A stretch of 64,000 nt of DNA, taken from NCBI GenBank assembly GCA_015069135.1, contig SVJE01000002.1, positions 105,953-169,952 on the forward strand. Reading direction: 5' to 3'. The notes under the pieces are model-generated. The model saw only the letters and a program-made list of their open reading frames with translations. It ran no database searches and was not told the DNA's origin. The stretch's first letter is position 1, and every line of letters starts with the position of its first letter. This document shows positions 47,809 to 58,961 of the stretch, piece after piece. The DNA is from Oscillospiraceae bacterium. GTDB lineage: Bacteria; Bacillota; Clostridia; UBA1212; SIG427. The position numbers and the translations under genes were made by a program.

Positions 47809-48480
47809 CTATCCTTTTTCCAATAAAGCGGTTGCTCTTTCCATGGCGTTTTCCCACTTTACACTGTATTCCATATCAGCTACCCGGGCAGTAATGCCTT
47901 CCCGATTTAACTGTTCTGTTGCCATTATACGGGCGCTTTGTTGGTTAACTGCAAAACGCAGCTTATCCATACTGTCATTAAGCTGAGAATCTGCACCGTA
48001 GAACTCTTCCAGTTTAAGTATATGACTTCTTATTTCAACTAATCTGGCCTGAGATTTTATGTTTTTCAAAAGTCTTGATTTTTCGTTCATTTCAGCTTCA
48101 AATTTATGATAATTATCACGTATTCTTAAAGCTTCTTTAACCGCGCTGTCAAAAAGATTCTTTTTACTTTCAAAGTAATTCTTGCAATCATCCTGTTTAA
48201 GCAGCAGGCCTGCAAGAAGTTCTTTGTCACCCTTTTGAACAGCCATGTCAATCTGTTCCTGCACCAGAAAAAGTTCGTTTTCTGCCTCTTGCATATCCAA
48301 ACGTATCATTTCAGTCCAGGTCTGGATTTCAATCAGCTGTGTAGTGGCTTTTTTCCGGGTTTTTCTTATATTTTCTTCAACATGTGCAATCAACCATTGA
48401 GGATTGCTGTTTTCCAGTTTGTCTGCTGTGCCGTGACACATACCGGAAAAAAGATTTTTAAATCTTCGTAAAATACCCAT
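47809..48480 (-). CDS. pspA: PspA/IM30 family protein (phage-shock / LiaH-like)
   Basis: Coiled-coil protein with a PspA-like N-terminus MGILRRFKNLF..NPQWLIAHVEENIRK. Confidence 0.55.
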   Translation of the reverse strand: MGILRRFKNLFSGMCHGTADKLENSNPQWLIAHVEENIRKTRKKATTQLIEIQTWTEMIRLDMQEAENELFLVQEQIDMAVQKGDKELLAGLLLKQDDCKNYFESKKNLFDSAVKEALRIRDNYHKFEAEMNEKSRLLKNIKSQARLVEIRSHILKLEEFYGADSQLNDSMDKLRFAVNQQSARIMATEQLNREGITARVADMEYSVKWENAMERATALLEKG

Positions 48481-48603
48481 TTAAATTGCCTTCCTTATAA
48501 TAACATATTTTTACAACATATTCTATTCTTATTAAGGATTTTGTATAACAGCCCTAAGAAAAGGAAAATATATGAATAATATATTTTACCGGGAGGTCTT
48601 TTA

Positions 48604-49923
48604 GTGGAACGATTAACTCGAATAAGAAATGTTATTTTAGCCTCTATCGGAGGCATTTTGGTTGTTTCTCTTGTGGTATACGGTGTATATTTTCACAGGA
48701 AAGCAAATCACTATAAAGAGGTGTTGAATAACCAGTATGATAGGGCATTTTACGATTTATTAGATAGCGTAAATAATGCTGAAACATATCTCCTAAAGGC
48801 TGTTGTTACAGGAACTGATGAAATGCAGACCTTGATGTTGGAAGAAGCGGGAAATGCTGCATCTCAGGCGGAAAGTTGTCTTGCGTTATTACCTGTGGAT
48901 CAGCACACATTGGCTGATGTATCTGCCTTTCTTGTACAGCTTAAAGATATTTCAAGAGTGTGGGACGAAACTCTGATTAATGGGGGATCATTGACTCAGG
49001 AACAGTATGCTATGCTGGAAGAGTTATATGGTTATGCCCAGGATCTTAATGGTGCAGTCCATACAGTATGGAATGATTTTAACAAAAAGGGTAATTGGGA
49101 AGATTTGCAGCTTTTCCACGACAATCAACATCTTTCTGAGCCTTTTCAGGACTATCCGGAATTAATTTATGACGGTCCTTTTTCTGAACACATGAAAACA
49201 ACTTCAGAGGTTCGTCTTAAGGGGGACGAGGTTTCTAAAGAAGAAGCTTCTGAATATGTAAAGAAATTATTTGAATTTTACACTCCAAAGGTGGAGTTTA
49301 ATGGGGAAACAGAGAATCACGGGTTGGCAGTGTACAGTTTTACAGTGACTTTCGGAGAAGACTCTGCTCATGTGGCAAGAGCTGATGTGACAAAAATCGG
49401 GGGAAAACTCTGTTCCATGATTATGCACAGGGACTCCGGAGAAGCCACACTTACTCCTGAACAGGCTGTTTTAGCAGGAGAAAGCTATCTGAATGCCTTG
49501 GGATATGTGGACATGGAGTCTTCGTACTATATTGTTCAGGATGGCTATGTTACAGCAAATTACGCTTATGTGGACAATGGAGTTATCTGTTATCCTGACA
49601 TGGTTAAGGTGAAAATTTCTTTGGACAACGGGGAAGTGACAGGATTTGAGGCTATGTCATATCTTCTTAATCACAGGGAAAGGGATTTAGAACACGGTAA
49701 AATGTCTTTAGAAAAATGTAGTGAATCATTAAGTTCTCATGTGAAACTTCTTGAAAATAGGGAAGCTGTAATCCCTAATGATTTTGGTGGTGAAGAACAT
49801 GTGTATGAGTATATTTGCGCTTATAATGGTCGCAGGGTTCTTATCTATAAAGATGTTGATACAGGTGCAGAAACGGAGGTTTTAATTATAGTGGAAGATG
49901 ATAATGGTATTTTGACAATATAG
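48604..49923 (+). CDS. ypeB: YpeB-like germination protein (N-terminal TM helix, PepSY-like C-terminal domains)
   Basis: GTG start following a GGGAGG RBS. YpeB-like N-terminal region ...NQYDRAFYDLLDSVNNAE. Confidence 0.4.
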   Translation: MERLTRIRNVILASIGGILVVSLVVYGVYFHRKANHYKEVLNNQYDRAFYDLLDSVNNAETYLLKAVVTGTDEMQTLMLEEAGNAASQAESCLALLPVDQHTLADVSAFLVQLKDISRVWDETLINGGSLTQEQYAMLEELYGYAQDLNGAVHTVWNDFNKKGNWEDLQLFHDNQHLSEPFQDYPELIYDGPFSEHMKTTSEVRLKGDEVSKEEASEYVKKLFEFYTPKVEFNGETENHGLAVYSFTVTFGEDSAHVARADVTKIGGKLCSMIMHRDSGEATLTPEQAVLAGESYLNALGYVDMESSYYIVQDGYVTANYAYVDNGVICYPDMVKVKISLDNGEVTGFEAMSYLLNHRERDLEHGKMSLEKCSESLSSHVKLLENREAVIPNDFGGEEHVYEYICAYNGRRVLIYKDVDTGAETEVLIIVEDDNGILTI

Positions 49924-49987
49924 CTATTCTGTGGTAGTATACAAAATGATTATGAGTAATTTTTACTGAAGAGAAATTTATCCGAGG

Positions 49988-51070
49988 TTGCATAGCGGAA
50001 TAAAGGGAGTGGAACTACAAAAAATGAAGATTAAAACATCTACTATAGTTTTAACAATATTATCTGTAATAGTGGTTATTTTAGGTCTGGCGTACTATAA
50101 TTACGGACTTCCGCTTATGAATATGTTCAATAATGAGTCTACTGAAGGAACTCCTCCTCCGGGACCTACAATAAGTGGATTTGTGCCTGCTACACCAGCT
50201 CCTGAGCCGGGGGCCACAGGTAAACCGGGAGATGCTACAGCCTCAGGTTCTTTTAAGGCACCATCAGTACCTGACAGCAATATAAATATTTTACTTTTGG
50301 GAAGAGATGAGTCTGCAGGACTTACAGATACAATAATTGTATTAAGCATTAATCAGGAAGAGAAGAATGCTAAAATGATTTCTATTCCAAGAGATGCATA
50401 TGTGCCTTATGACAGTGTTGTAAAAAATGCTCTTAAACAAGAGGGTATATATTACAGCCCCGGTATATTTAAGATAAATGCAGCACCAAACATTGGTAGT
50501 AGTATAATTCATTTTACCGGAGGTAATTTTTCCAACAGAGGTATTAACTTCCTTTGTTCTATTATACAGTCATTGCTGGGATACAGAATTGATGAATATG
50601 TGGAAGTCAACTTTGAAGGCTTTAAGGAAGTAATTGACTCCTTTGGCGGTTTATATATTACTGTGGAAGAGAATATGTACACTCCGGGAGGAGAGCTGGT
50701 TCTTGCAAAAGGAAGAAGTAAACTTGATGGTGAGATGGCTCTTTATTATGCAAGAGCAAGACATCGGTATGATAAATACGGCAACAATATAGGAAGCCCC
50801 GGTGACTCGTACAGAAAAGAACACCAGCTTAAAATGCTCAGTGAAATGGCACAGCAGGTTGTAACAGTGGATAACGTTTTAAATGCAGGTTCAATTCTTG
50901 AAAGCCTGAAGGGAGCTATTTACCATAGTTTCAGCCTTGAAGACATAGGTGCATATGCATCTATCGGTGTGGATTATGCAAACGGCGTATACAAGACAGA
51001 AACCATTCTCATAAAGGGTGAATCAATTGATCCGATGGGTGATGGAGTAAGCTATACAAAGATATATTAA
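49988..51070 (+). CDS. LytR-CpsA-Psr (LCP) family cell-wall polymer transferase
   Basis: ILLLGRDESAGLTDTIIVLSINQEEKNAKMISIPRDAYV is the LCP core motif. N-terminal TM helix. Confidence 0.75.
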   Translation: MHSGIKGVELQKMKIKTSTIVLTILSVIVVILGLAYYNYGLPLMNMFNNESTEGTPPPGPTISGFVPATPAPEPGATGKPGDATASGSFKAPSVPDSNINILLLGRDESAGLTDTIIVLSINQEEKNAKMISIPRDAYVPYDSVVKNALKQEGIYYSPGIFKINAAPNIGSSIIHFTGGNFSNRGINFLCSIIQSLLGYRIDEYVEVNFEGFKEVIDSFGGLYITVEENMYTPGGELVLAKGRSKLDGEMALYYARARHRYDKYGNNIGSPGDSYRKEHQLKMLSEMAQQVVTVDNVLNAGSILESLKGAIYHSFSLEDIGAYASIGVDYANGVYKTETILIKGESIDPMGDGVSYTKIY

Positions 51071-51161
51071 GATTTAACATGCAGAATAAACGGGGGTGAA
51101 CACTGCGGGTGTTTCCTCGTTTCTGTGTTTATATATAATAATTTCCGGGAGGAATTTTGTA

Positions 51162-52115
51162 ATGATTGACATTCAGAATCTTACTAAAAAATTCGGCAAT
51201 ATTAAAGCGCTGAACGATGTAAGTTTTCAGGTGAAAAAAGGAGAAGTTTTAGGTTTTTTGGGACCAAACGGTGCGGGAAAATCTACAACCATGAATATTT
51301 TAACAGGGTACATACCACCAACGTCCGGTTCCGTTAAAGTGGATGGACATGATGTACTTGAAGAACCAATGGAGGTTAAAAAGCGCATTGGTTACTTGCC
51401 TGAAATTCCACCTTTGTACGGAGATATGACAGTAAATGAATATCTTAAATTTATATGTGACTTAAAAGGGGTTCCTGTTAAAGGTCGCCGTCAGAAACTG
51501 GATGACATAATGTACCTGGTTAAGATTGGTGATAAAAAAGGTCGTCTGGTGAGAAACCTCTCTAAAGGTTATAAGCAAAGAGTGGGTCTTGCTCAGGCGC
51601 TGGTAGGAAATCCTGAGGTTCTTATTCTGGACGAGCCTACTGTAGGTCTTGACCCTAAACAGATTCTTGAAATAAGAAGACTGATTACTGCTCTTGGTAG
51701 AGAACATACAATTATTTTAAGTACACATATTTTATCTGAGGTTACAGCCGTTTGTAGTTCAGTCGCTATCATTAATAATGGTAAAATAGCTGCTACGGGT
51801 CCTGTTTCTCAATTCTCTGCAGGAGGTAGCGGTAAGTTTACTATCACATTGGATGGCGATAAAAGTCTTTGCAGAAAAGCTATTGACAAGGTTTCCCAAG
51901 TGGACAGAGTTGAATTCCTGAGATTAGATGGAGATTGTTCTGTTTTCAGAGTGGAATCAAAACCCGGACAAGACGCCAGAAAAGAACTTTCAAAAAGTCT
52001 TTTTCAGTCAGACATTTCCATTATGGAGCTTAAGCCTATAGGAAAAACACTGGAAGAAGTGTTTATTGATATTACAGGTAGAGACAATACACATACAGAA
52101 GAGGAGGAAGAATAA
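51162..52115 (+). CDS. ABC transporter ATP-binding protein
   Basis: Walker A GPNGAGKST, LSKGYKQR signature and Walker B ILDEPT. GGAGG RBS. Confidence 0.85.
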   Translation: MIDIQNLTKKFGNIKALNDVSFQVKKGEVLGFLGPNGAGKSTTMNILTGYIPPTSGSVKVDGHDVLEEPMEVKKRIGYLPEIPPLYGDMTVNEYLKFICDLKGVPVKGRRQKLDDIMYLVKIGDKKGRLVRNLSKGYKQRVGLAQALVGNPEVLILDEPTVGLDPKQILEIRRLITALGREHTIILSTHILSEVTAVCSSVAIINNGKIAATGPVSQFSAGGSGKFTITLDGDKSLCRKAIDKVSQVDRVEFLRLDGDCSVFRVESKPGQDARKELSKSLFQSDISIMELKPIGKTLEEVFIDITGRDNTHTEEEEE

Positions 52116-52116
52116 T

Positions 52117-52824
52117 ATGAAAACAATATTTAAACGTGAATTTTCTGCTTTTTTCCGTTCTCCTGTTGCTTATGTGGTTATAGGTATGTTTATTGTAATA
52201 ACAGGGTTGTTTTTCTGGCTTTACAATATAAGAGCTGGATATGCATATTTTGGTGTAACTCTTAACTCAATATCATTATTTCTGATATTTTTTGCTCCTA
52301 TTATTACCATGAAACTTTTTGCTGAAGAAAAGAAGAATGGTACGGAAGTTTTATTACGTACTGCTCCGGTTTCCATGGGTGGAGTTGTTCTGGGTAAGTT
52401 TTTGGCTGCTTATAGTGTGTTTGCCATTATGGTGGGAATTACAGTTATATTTCCTGTAATGATGTCATTCTTTGTTGTGGGAACTTTTCCTATAGCAGAA
52501 ACAATAGGTGCATATATCGGTTTCTTGTTGATGGGCGCTGTGTTTATATCCATAGGACTTTTTACTTCATCTCTTACAGAAAATCAGATAGTGGCAGCTA
52601 TATCAGGTATTGTTATTTCTCTTATTACTTACCTTATGGAATCCTTGGGTTCTACAGTAGGAGGAACTTTGGGTGTGGCACTTGTATGGTTGTCTCCTTT
52701 GTCTAAATATACAGATTTTGCATCCGGCATACTGGATTTTGCTTCTATAATTTTTTATATTTCTTTTACAGCCGTAATGGTGTTTGTTACAACCATGAAT
52801 ATGGAAAGAAAACGTTGGAACTAA
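52117..52824 (+). CDS. ABC-2 type transporter permease
   Basis: Six TM helices. Overlaps the ATPase stop. Confidence 0.6.
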   Translation: MKTIFKREFSAFFRSPVAYVVIGMFIVITGLFFWLYNIRAGYAYFGVTLNSISLFLIFFAPIITMKLFAEEKKNGTEVLLRTAPVSMGGVVLGKFLAAYSVFAIMVGITVIFPVMMSFFVVGTFPIAETIGAYIGFLLMGAVFISIGLFTSSLTENQIVAAISGIVISLITYLMESLGSTVGGTLGVALVWLSPLSKYTDFASGILDFASIIFYISFTAVMVFVTTMNMERKRWN

Positions 52825-52839
52825 AGGAGGGTGCGGAAC

Positions 52840-54264
52840 ATGTTTAATTTATCAGAAAAAACAAAAAGACGTTTCAGATTCGGCACCAATGCCGTAGTTC
52901 TTATGATAGTTGTTATTGTGGTTGCTGTTCTTGTTAATCTTGTTCTTGAACAGCTACCAATGACAGTGGACCTTACATCGGAAGAACTTTATTCTGTAAC
53001 TGATAAGACCTACGAAATTCTGGATGATCTTGACAAAGAGGTTGAAGTATATGCTCTTTTCGATCAGGCAAAAGGTGAAACAGACAGTAATCTTGCTTCT
53101 ATCATGAAATATCTTGATATTTACGATGGACACGCTAAAGTAACTGTAAAATATGTGGATATTGATAAGAATCCTACTTTCCTGAGAAATACTGTAGGAG
53201 AAACAAGAGCTGCTGATTTCAAGGCAGGAGATTACTTGGTGAAATGTGGAAATAATGTAAGACAGATTCCTCAGGCTAATATGTATGTTGTTGATAAAGA
53301 GTCCGGCTATCTTATAGGATATGATGCGGAGGCTTGTCTTACAGGTGCTATTGTTTATGTAACTTCCGATGAAATTCCTGTGGTATATGTTTCTACAGGT
53401 AGCGGAGAGGCTGCTATGGAAGACTACAGTACACTTATGGCTAATATCAGAAATAATAATTTTGATGTTGCCACAATTAATCTTAATCAGGCAGAGATTC
53501 CTGAGGACTGTGCTGCAGTTTTATTCTTAAGTCCTTCTGAGGATATTTCAACTTCAGTATTAAGTAAACTTAAGAGCTGGTTCCAGAGTGATTATGCCGG
53601 AAATGTAGTTTGTCTTATGGACTATAATAAAACTGGTGTGGAACTTCCAAATTTTAACGAGTTGTTCCAGCTGTTCTCGTTGAAACTTAACAATGACGTT
53701 GTAAGTGAAACTTCTGACATGTGTATGCCGGGTTATCCTCAGAGATTGGCCGGATATATAGTTTCTGCTGATGATAGCCCTAATGCTAATCTGTCAAAAG
53801 ATTTGGGCATGTTTATAGATTCAAGATCTATTGAAGTTTTAAAGACAACAAACAGTTACAGTTCAAGTGTTGCTTTGGCAAAGACCACAGAACTTGCCAC
53901 TTCTACAGATATTGATACAGGTGCTACTTCCACAGGAGAGAAAGTGCTTATGGCTTCCGGACAGTATCAGGCCGGTCTTGATGTTTCAAAGCTATATCTA
54001 AGTGGTTCCAGCCTTTCCTTAAGAGATGACTATATTTCAACTATGGGTTCAGGAATGGATGGCGGTACTTTAATAAGAGCACTTAACTGGATGCATAACA
54101 ATACAAATGAAGGTGACTTGATTCCAGAAAAGAAGCAAGGTCAGAACTATATTATGACGACAGATTCATCTGCAAATACTATGGGTATTATAGCGGCTAT
54201 CATAATTCCTGTTGTTATAATGTCCATCGGATTTGTTATCTGGCTTAAGAGGAGACATTTATGA
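52840..54264 (+). CDS. GldG-like ABC-transport auxiliary component
   Basis: N- and C-terminal TM anchors around a large extracytoplasmic domain. Position is the third gene of the ABC operon. AGGAGGG RBS. Confidence 0.5.
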   Translation: MFNLSEKTKRRFRFGTNAVVLMIVVIVVAVLVNLVLEQLPMTVDLTSEELYSVTDKTYEILDDLDKEVEVYALFDQAKGETDSNLASIMKYLDIYDGHAKVTVKYVDIDKNPTFLRNTVGETRAADFKAGDYLVKCGNNVRQIPQANMYVVDKESGYLIGYDAEACLTGAIVYVTSDEIPVVYVSTGSGEAAMEDYSTLMANIRNNNFDVATINLNQAEIPEDCAAVLFLSPSEDISTSVLSKLKSWFQSDYAGNVVCLMDYNKTGVELPNFNELFQLFSLKLNNDVVSETSDMCMPGYPQRLAGYIVSADDSPNANLSKDLGMFIDSRSIEVLKTTNSYSSSVALAKTTELATSTDIDTGATSTGEKVLMASGQYQAGLDVSKLYLSGSSLSLRDDYISTMGSGMDGGTLIRALNWMHNNTNEGDLIPEKKQGQNYIMTTDSSANTMGIIAAIIIPVVIMSIGFVIWLKRRHL

Positions 54265-55718
54265 GATCATTTAAGACTGCGATTATTGCTCTCGTAGTGT
54301 TGGTTGTGGTTGTATTCGGGTATTTTACCGCCAATTATTTTATTGAACGTGGAAATACTGCGGAACCAACAGCTACACCTATACCTACCACAGAATATCT
54401 TTCTAAATTTAAAACCGCTGATGTGGTTAAAATTGTTACAGAAGGCCCGGAAAGCTTTACTTTAGAGCTGAATTCAAATGATGTCTGGGTGTGTAAAGAA
54501 CCTTCTCATGTTTCTGCCAGTGATGCCGCGGTTTCCAATATTGTAACTCTTTTAGCTACTGCTTACGGAGATATAATTTATGACGAGGGTGAGTACAAAG
54601 GTGAGCTGAAGGATTTTGGTCTTGATAAGCCACATCTTTTTACTATGTATTTTAAAGATGGTTCTAAAATAACCTACAAGGTGGGAGACTTAAACCACTC
54701 CGGGAATGGATATTACCTGATGATGGAAGGTTCCGGTAAAATATATACAATAAATACTTCTTACGGTGAGAAGCTGTGTCTGACTCAGTATTCTGTAACA
54801 GAAGGTGATTTGATTGTATTCCCTGAAATAGATAAAATGGCTACTGTTGAATTACAGAAAAAAGGCGAGACATTTTACCGACTGGAGGCTGACTTTGCCG
54901 GTGACGAAAATACTAACAAGTTGTGGAATATTGTTTCTCCTGTGAAAATTTCAGGTAACTCTTCCGTGGTGGAGGAATTCTTAAAGACTGTGGACTCATT
55001 GGTTATTGCAGATACTGCGGAGGCAAATTGTCAGGACCTTTCTGTGTATGGTCTGGATGTACCTGCTTTTAAGTATTTGTTTACAGATAACAAGGGCACA
55101 TATACAATTTCTTTGGGCAATAAGACTACTGACGGAAACTATTATTATTGCACTGTAAATAATGGAGTTGATGTGTTCAGGGTTTATGCTTCAAATCTTC
55201 AGTTTGTGGATAACCCCATTCTATCCTATGCATATCCTTATGCGTTTTTTGAGAACTATAACACTCTAAAGTCTATTGATATTGAGCTTTTAGGTAAGCT
55301 TAATGAAAAACATAACCTGATATTCCAGTTCGGGGACGATAATGCAGAGATAATCACTTTTAACGGCATAAGCGCTAAAGAGATGGATGATAACGGTAAA
55401 ACAGTTTATGACTATCTTTATGAGGTTAAAGGTATTACTACTTACTGTTATGCTCTGCAGATTGATAAGATTGAGCCGGATATGTCTGTTGATAAAGGTG
55501 AATTGCTTTGTCGTATTACCTATAATCGTCAGGATGGTTCTTCCTGTGTAGTTGAGGCTTATTCAAGGGATGAAGCTACTTCGTATTTATTTGTAGATGA
55601 CAAGTACATGGGTGGTTATTGTGAAAATCGTCGAATTTTCAGCGAGACTGACCATGAAGGTCTTGCCGGTACAATTCATGCGTATCAGAAACTTATTAAC
55701 GAGGCTTTGTTAAAGTAA
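54261..55718 (+). CDS. DUF4340-like protein (usual partner of the GldG-like component)
   Basis: N-terminal TM helix. ATGA overlap with the upstream gene. Confidence 0.4.
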   Translation: MRSFKTAIIALVVLVVVVFGYFTANYFIERGNTAEPTATPIPTTEYLSKFKTADVVKIVTEGPESFTLELNSNDVWVCKEPSHVSASDAAVSNIVTLLATAYGDIIYDEGEYKGELKDFGLDKPHLFTMYFKDGSKITYKVGDLNHSGNGYYLMMEGSGKIYTINTSYGEKLCLTQYSVTEGDLIVFPEIDKMATVELQKKGETFYRLEADFAGDENTNKLWNIVSPVKISGNSSVVEEFLKTVDSLVIADTAEANCQDLSVYGLDVPAFKYLFTDNKGTYTISLGNKTTDGNYYYCTVNNGVDVFRVYASNLQFVDNPILSYAYPYAFFENYNTLKSIDIELLGKLNEKHNLIFQFGDDNAEIITFNGISAKEMDDNGKTVYDYLYEVKGITTYCYALQIDKIEPDMSVDKGELLCRITYNRQDGSSCVVEAYSRDEATSYLFVDDKYMGGYCENRRIFSETDHEGLAGTIHAYQKLINEALLK

Positions 55719-55752
55719 TATTTGCTTTCGCCGGTGAATACATTGTCTTACT

Positions 55753-56718
55753 ATGAAAAAGACAATGAAACTGGCAGGAATTACTGCTTCAGTGGTAATA
55801 GGAGCCGGATTTGCCACCGGCAGAGAAATAAAAACATATTTTACAAGATACGGTAACCAAAGTTATTTGATTATAGCGGCGGTTGCCGTTTTGTTGTATG
55901 GAGCGATTCTGTTGCTTTTGTGGATGCCTCCGGGAAAAGGGAAGTTTATAGCTGTTCCTTATGTGTTTTTTTGTTATGTACTGATGTTGTCTGCTTTGGG
56001 AAAATTAATTGAAGATTACACCAGATTGCCGACGATTATTGGTATTTTAGCAGGCACCTTGATAGCTTTCCTGGGGCTTTTAGCCGGATTCAGTCGATTT
56101 ACTGTAATAAGTGGGGTGATCACCCCCTGTATAGCAACCCTATTAGTAATACTTTTGGTGAAGACGGGGGTCAGACCCTATGCTTGTAATTTGGTGGATT
56201 TTTCGACTTTTGAGTTAGTGGCTTCTACTGTAAAATTTGTTGGTTATAACTCTCTTTCTGCTTTAATTGTCTTGCCTGAAATTGGTCATCAATATACAAA
56301 AAAAGAAAAATTTATTGGAGCGGGAATAGGTGTTATTGGTTTTTCTATTTTAATTTTTATTATTAACATGATTTTTTTGAAAAATATCTCCTTGGTTGAA
56401 AATTGGGAAATGCCATTAATTCAGGCTATTTCTGCCGGAGGAAATATTCTTATTAGCATGTTTTCTGTATCTTTACTGTGTGTAATAATAGCTTTTTCTC
56501 TGTGTGGATCTGCCGTGGGTGTTTCCAGAATGTTATTACCGGGAAAGAATGAGTTTTTTATTGGTCTTGTTTTTATATTATTGGCAATGCCTTTGTCTTT
56601 ATTAGGATTTGGTAATCTTATGGACAATGTGTATCCTGTATTAGGATTTTTAGGTTCAGCTTTGATAATTTGGTTTGGATATAAATTTATAAGCGTGCAA
56701 TTTATAATTAGGGATTGA
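55753..56718 (+). CDS. YkvI family membrane protein
   Basis: The N-terminus ...VIGAGFATGREIKTYF resembles the YkvI motif (VGAGFASGQEI). Polytopic. Confidence 0.45.
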   Translation: MKKTMKLAGITASVVIGAGFATGREIKTYFTRYGNQSYLIIAAVAVLLYGAILLLLWMPPGKGKFIAVPYVFFCYVLMLSALGKLIEDYTRLPTIIGILAGTLIAFLGLLAGFSRFTVISGVITPCIATLLVILLVKTGVRPYACNLVDFSTFELVASTVKFVGYNSLSALIVLPEIGHQYTKKEKFIGAGIGVIGFSILIFIINMIFLKNISLVENWEMPLIQAISAGGNILISMFSVSLLCVIIAFSLCGSAVGVSRMLLPGKNEFFIGLVFILLAMPLSLLGFGNLMDNVYPVLGFLGSALIIWFGYKFISVQFIIRD

Positions 56719-56853
56719 CCCCCGTCCTTAAGTGAAATGTTGAATAAATAGTATATACAGTAAAAAAATTGTCATATAGTAATGTTTTTTGACATAAAAG
56801 AATATTTTTTGTTTAACAAAGATTGCTTTGTTTATGTATAAAGTGTTACTTAG

Positions 56854-56912
56854 ACCTGCCCCCTGTCCTGGATTGTTAGTTGCCTAGCAATCCAGGACGG
56901 GGGGCAGACCCC
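56854..56912. repeat. ~60-bp GC-rich palindrome built from two inverted copies of the CCAGGACGGGGGGCAGACC core (long form of the 27-bp palindrome family); a half-site GACCCCCGTCCTT also lies at 56717-56729
   Basis: Left arm GACCTGCCCCCTGTCCTGGATT and right arm AATCCAGGACGGGGGGCAGACC. The composition is strongly atypical for this AT-rich genome. Confidence 0.7.
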
Positions 56913-57020
56913 ATAACTTCTTGTTTTATGGTTATATTATGGCTGCTGCTATTGGGGTGCGATACTTGACGGTAAATAGTAAAAAGCTTATACTTTATTA
57001 AATAGAAAACAGGAGTATTT

Positions 57021-58205
57021 ATGGAAAAAACATTTGCAATAGATAAAAAGAAAATAATTATTATAGCTGCTATAGGAGTGGCGTTGATAATCGCAATTAT
57101 TCTTTTTGCTACAGGAATAGTAGGTGATCTGCTTGGCAAATGGGGAATTTTAAAAATTCAACCAGTAGAACCGAAAGTTACATTTTACGAATATATTCCA
57201 AAAGGTGATGGAGATGTTATTCTCCTTGATGACCAATTGTTGATTGCCGATCAGTCTGGGGTATCATGTTTTTCTGTTGACGGAACATGGCAGTGGAATA
57301 AAGAAATTAATTTGAAAGCCCCTGTTTTTATACCGGATGGTGAAGAAAAAACAGTTTTAGGAGACGTTGGAGGTAACGGAATATACGGTTTTAATGAGGA
57401 TGGGCTCCAATGGAATTATATTATTGACCGAGAAATCGTAAATATTTCTGAAAACACAGTAAATAATCAGATCATTATAATTCACGATGCAGACAACTAT
57501 TTGTCCGCCGCTACATTGGTGGATTATTCAAAAGAGGTAAAAGCAATTGCTACCCGTAAATTCGGTCAATATTATATGATATCTGCTTCTATGTCCCAAA
57601 ATGGTGAGCAAGCTGCAATTGTAGGTATCACCCCGGAAAGTGAAGAAACTTCTACAGTTATAGCATTTATGGATTTGCCGGGATATGAGTTTATTTCCAC
57701 AAAAACCATATCTAACGAATTTCTGCCGGTGGCATCTTATGTAAATGGCAATAACTTATTTTTAGCCGGAGGAGACAGTCTGAGGAGAGTTTTGGAAGAC
57801 AGTAGCTACACAAAACAAAATTCAGTAAATGATTTATTATGGGGTCGTGAAGGTGGCTCGGACACATTGGTGGCTGCAGGTAATACAGACGGTAAAAATT
57901 TTGTGACGGTGAGTACTGTCGCCGGTGCTGAAGCTGGTTTGGAGGCTTCAAGTGAAGTAAGACTGTACGCATCAGATGGAGCTTTGAAAGAATCTTTTAC
58001 CTGTGAGGGTGGTATCGAAGCGGTAAAACATTATGGTAAAATGATCGCTCTTTATGGTGAAAATGAGGTTTTTGTATATAATATATATGGTCAGCAAATC
58101 GGTAAATTTGATGGTGTTTCTCAAATCAGTGATATTGAGTTTATCTCTGAAAAAATCCTTGTGGTTTGTGGCACATCAAAAATCGCAAAGGTGGATTTTA
58201 GCTAA
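57021..58205 (+). CDS. Hypothetical membrane-anchored protein (N-terminal TM helix, repeated beta-rich modules, possibly a beta-propeller)
   Basis: Only the TM helix and a repetitive beta pattern are recognisable. Confidence 0.25.
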   Translation: MEKTFAIDKKKIIIIAAIGVALIIAIILFATGIVGDLLGKWGILKIQPVEPKVTFYEYIPKGDGDVILLDDQLLIADQSGVSCFSVDGTWQWNKEINLKAPVFIPDGEEKTVLGDVGGNGIYGFNEDGLQWNYIIDREIVNISENTVNNQIIIIHDADNYLSAATLVDYSKEVKAIATRKFGQYYMISASMSQNGEQAAIVGITPESEETSTVIAFMDLPGYEFISTKTISNEFLPVASYVNGNNLFLAGGDSLRRVLEDSSYTKQNSVNDLLWGREGGSDTLVAAGNTDGKNFVTVSTVAGAEAGLEASSEVRLYASDGALKESFTCEGGIEAVKHYGKMIALYGENEVFVYNIYGQQIGKFDGVSQISDIEFISEKILVVCGTSKIAKVDFS

Positions 58206-58891
58206 TGGCAATATCTGACATATTTATTATTATTATATTTCTTGTAACCGTAATTACTTGTACGGTAAAAGGTCTTGCACTTACATTGTATTCTGTGTTC
58301 TCTACAGCTATTTCTATAATAGGTGCTTTCCTTTTAAGACCATTCGTATCAGCCGGATTAATTTATATAGGAGCTGACAAGTTTTTCTACAAAACATTTT
58401 ACGAAGCTATCAACGCTGTAAGACTGGAGTGCTTCGGTAACTCCACAATAGGAACAGGTGCAAAATTAGCCACAGAATTAAATATACCTGATTTTGCAAA
58501 GGGTCTGCTGGAACATAATGTGAGAAGTTGGACCACATCAGGGTCATTGGATACTATAGTTGATGAAATGAGTACCTCTTTAGCTCAATTTGTGGTTAAT
58601 GCTATTTCGGTGATTCTTTTGATAATAATCATTATGATTGGTATGCATTTTTTAAAGAAAGTTCTTTCATTCTTTTCCAAAATACCGGTAATACGCCAGA
58701 TTAATAAACTGGGTGGATTTGTAATGGGTGTTATACTTGCTTTCTTCTGGATTTCGGTATTAGGTATGGTTGCCCATCTGTTTTCCACAGCAGAGTATTT
58801 TACCTACATTCTGGCTGACATTGAGAATTCGTTGATAGCGCACTATTTCTATAACACGAACTTTATAGCTTTGATTATTTCTCATCTGTAA
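58205..58891 (+). CDS. CvpA-like membrane protein
   Basis: Four TM helices, and the N-terminus ...IIIIFLVTVITCTVKGLALTLYSV is CvpA-like. Confidence 0.4.
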   Translation: MAISDIFIIIIFLVTVITCTVKGLALTLYSVFSTAISIIGAFLLRPFVSAGLIYIGADKFFYKTFYEAINAVRLECFGNSTIGTGAKLATELNIPDFAKGLLEHNVRSWTTSGSLDTIVDEMSTSLAQFVVNAISVILLIIIIMIGMHFLKKVLSFFSKIPVIRQINKLGGFVMGVILAFFWISVLGMVAHLFSTAEYFTYILADIENSLIAHYFYNTNFIALIISHL

Positions 58892-58961
58892 AATGTTATT
58901 TTTTGTACTAAAAAAACTCCGAATTAATCGGAGTTCTTTAGTCTAGCTCAATAATTTTTCT

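Noticed and set aside
56876-57139. 87-aa minus-strand ORF
   Set aside because: It begins inside the 60-bp GC-rich palindrome and runs antisense into the start of the next gene. No RBS.
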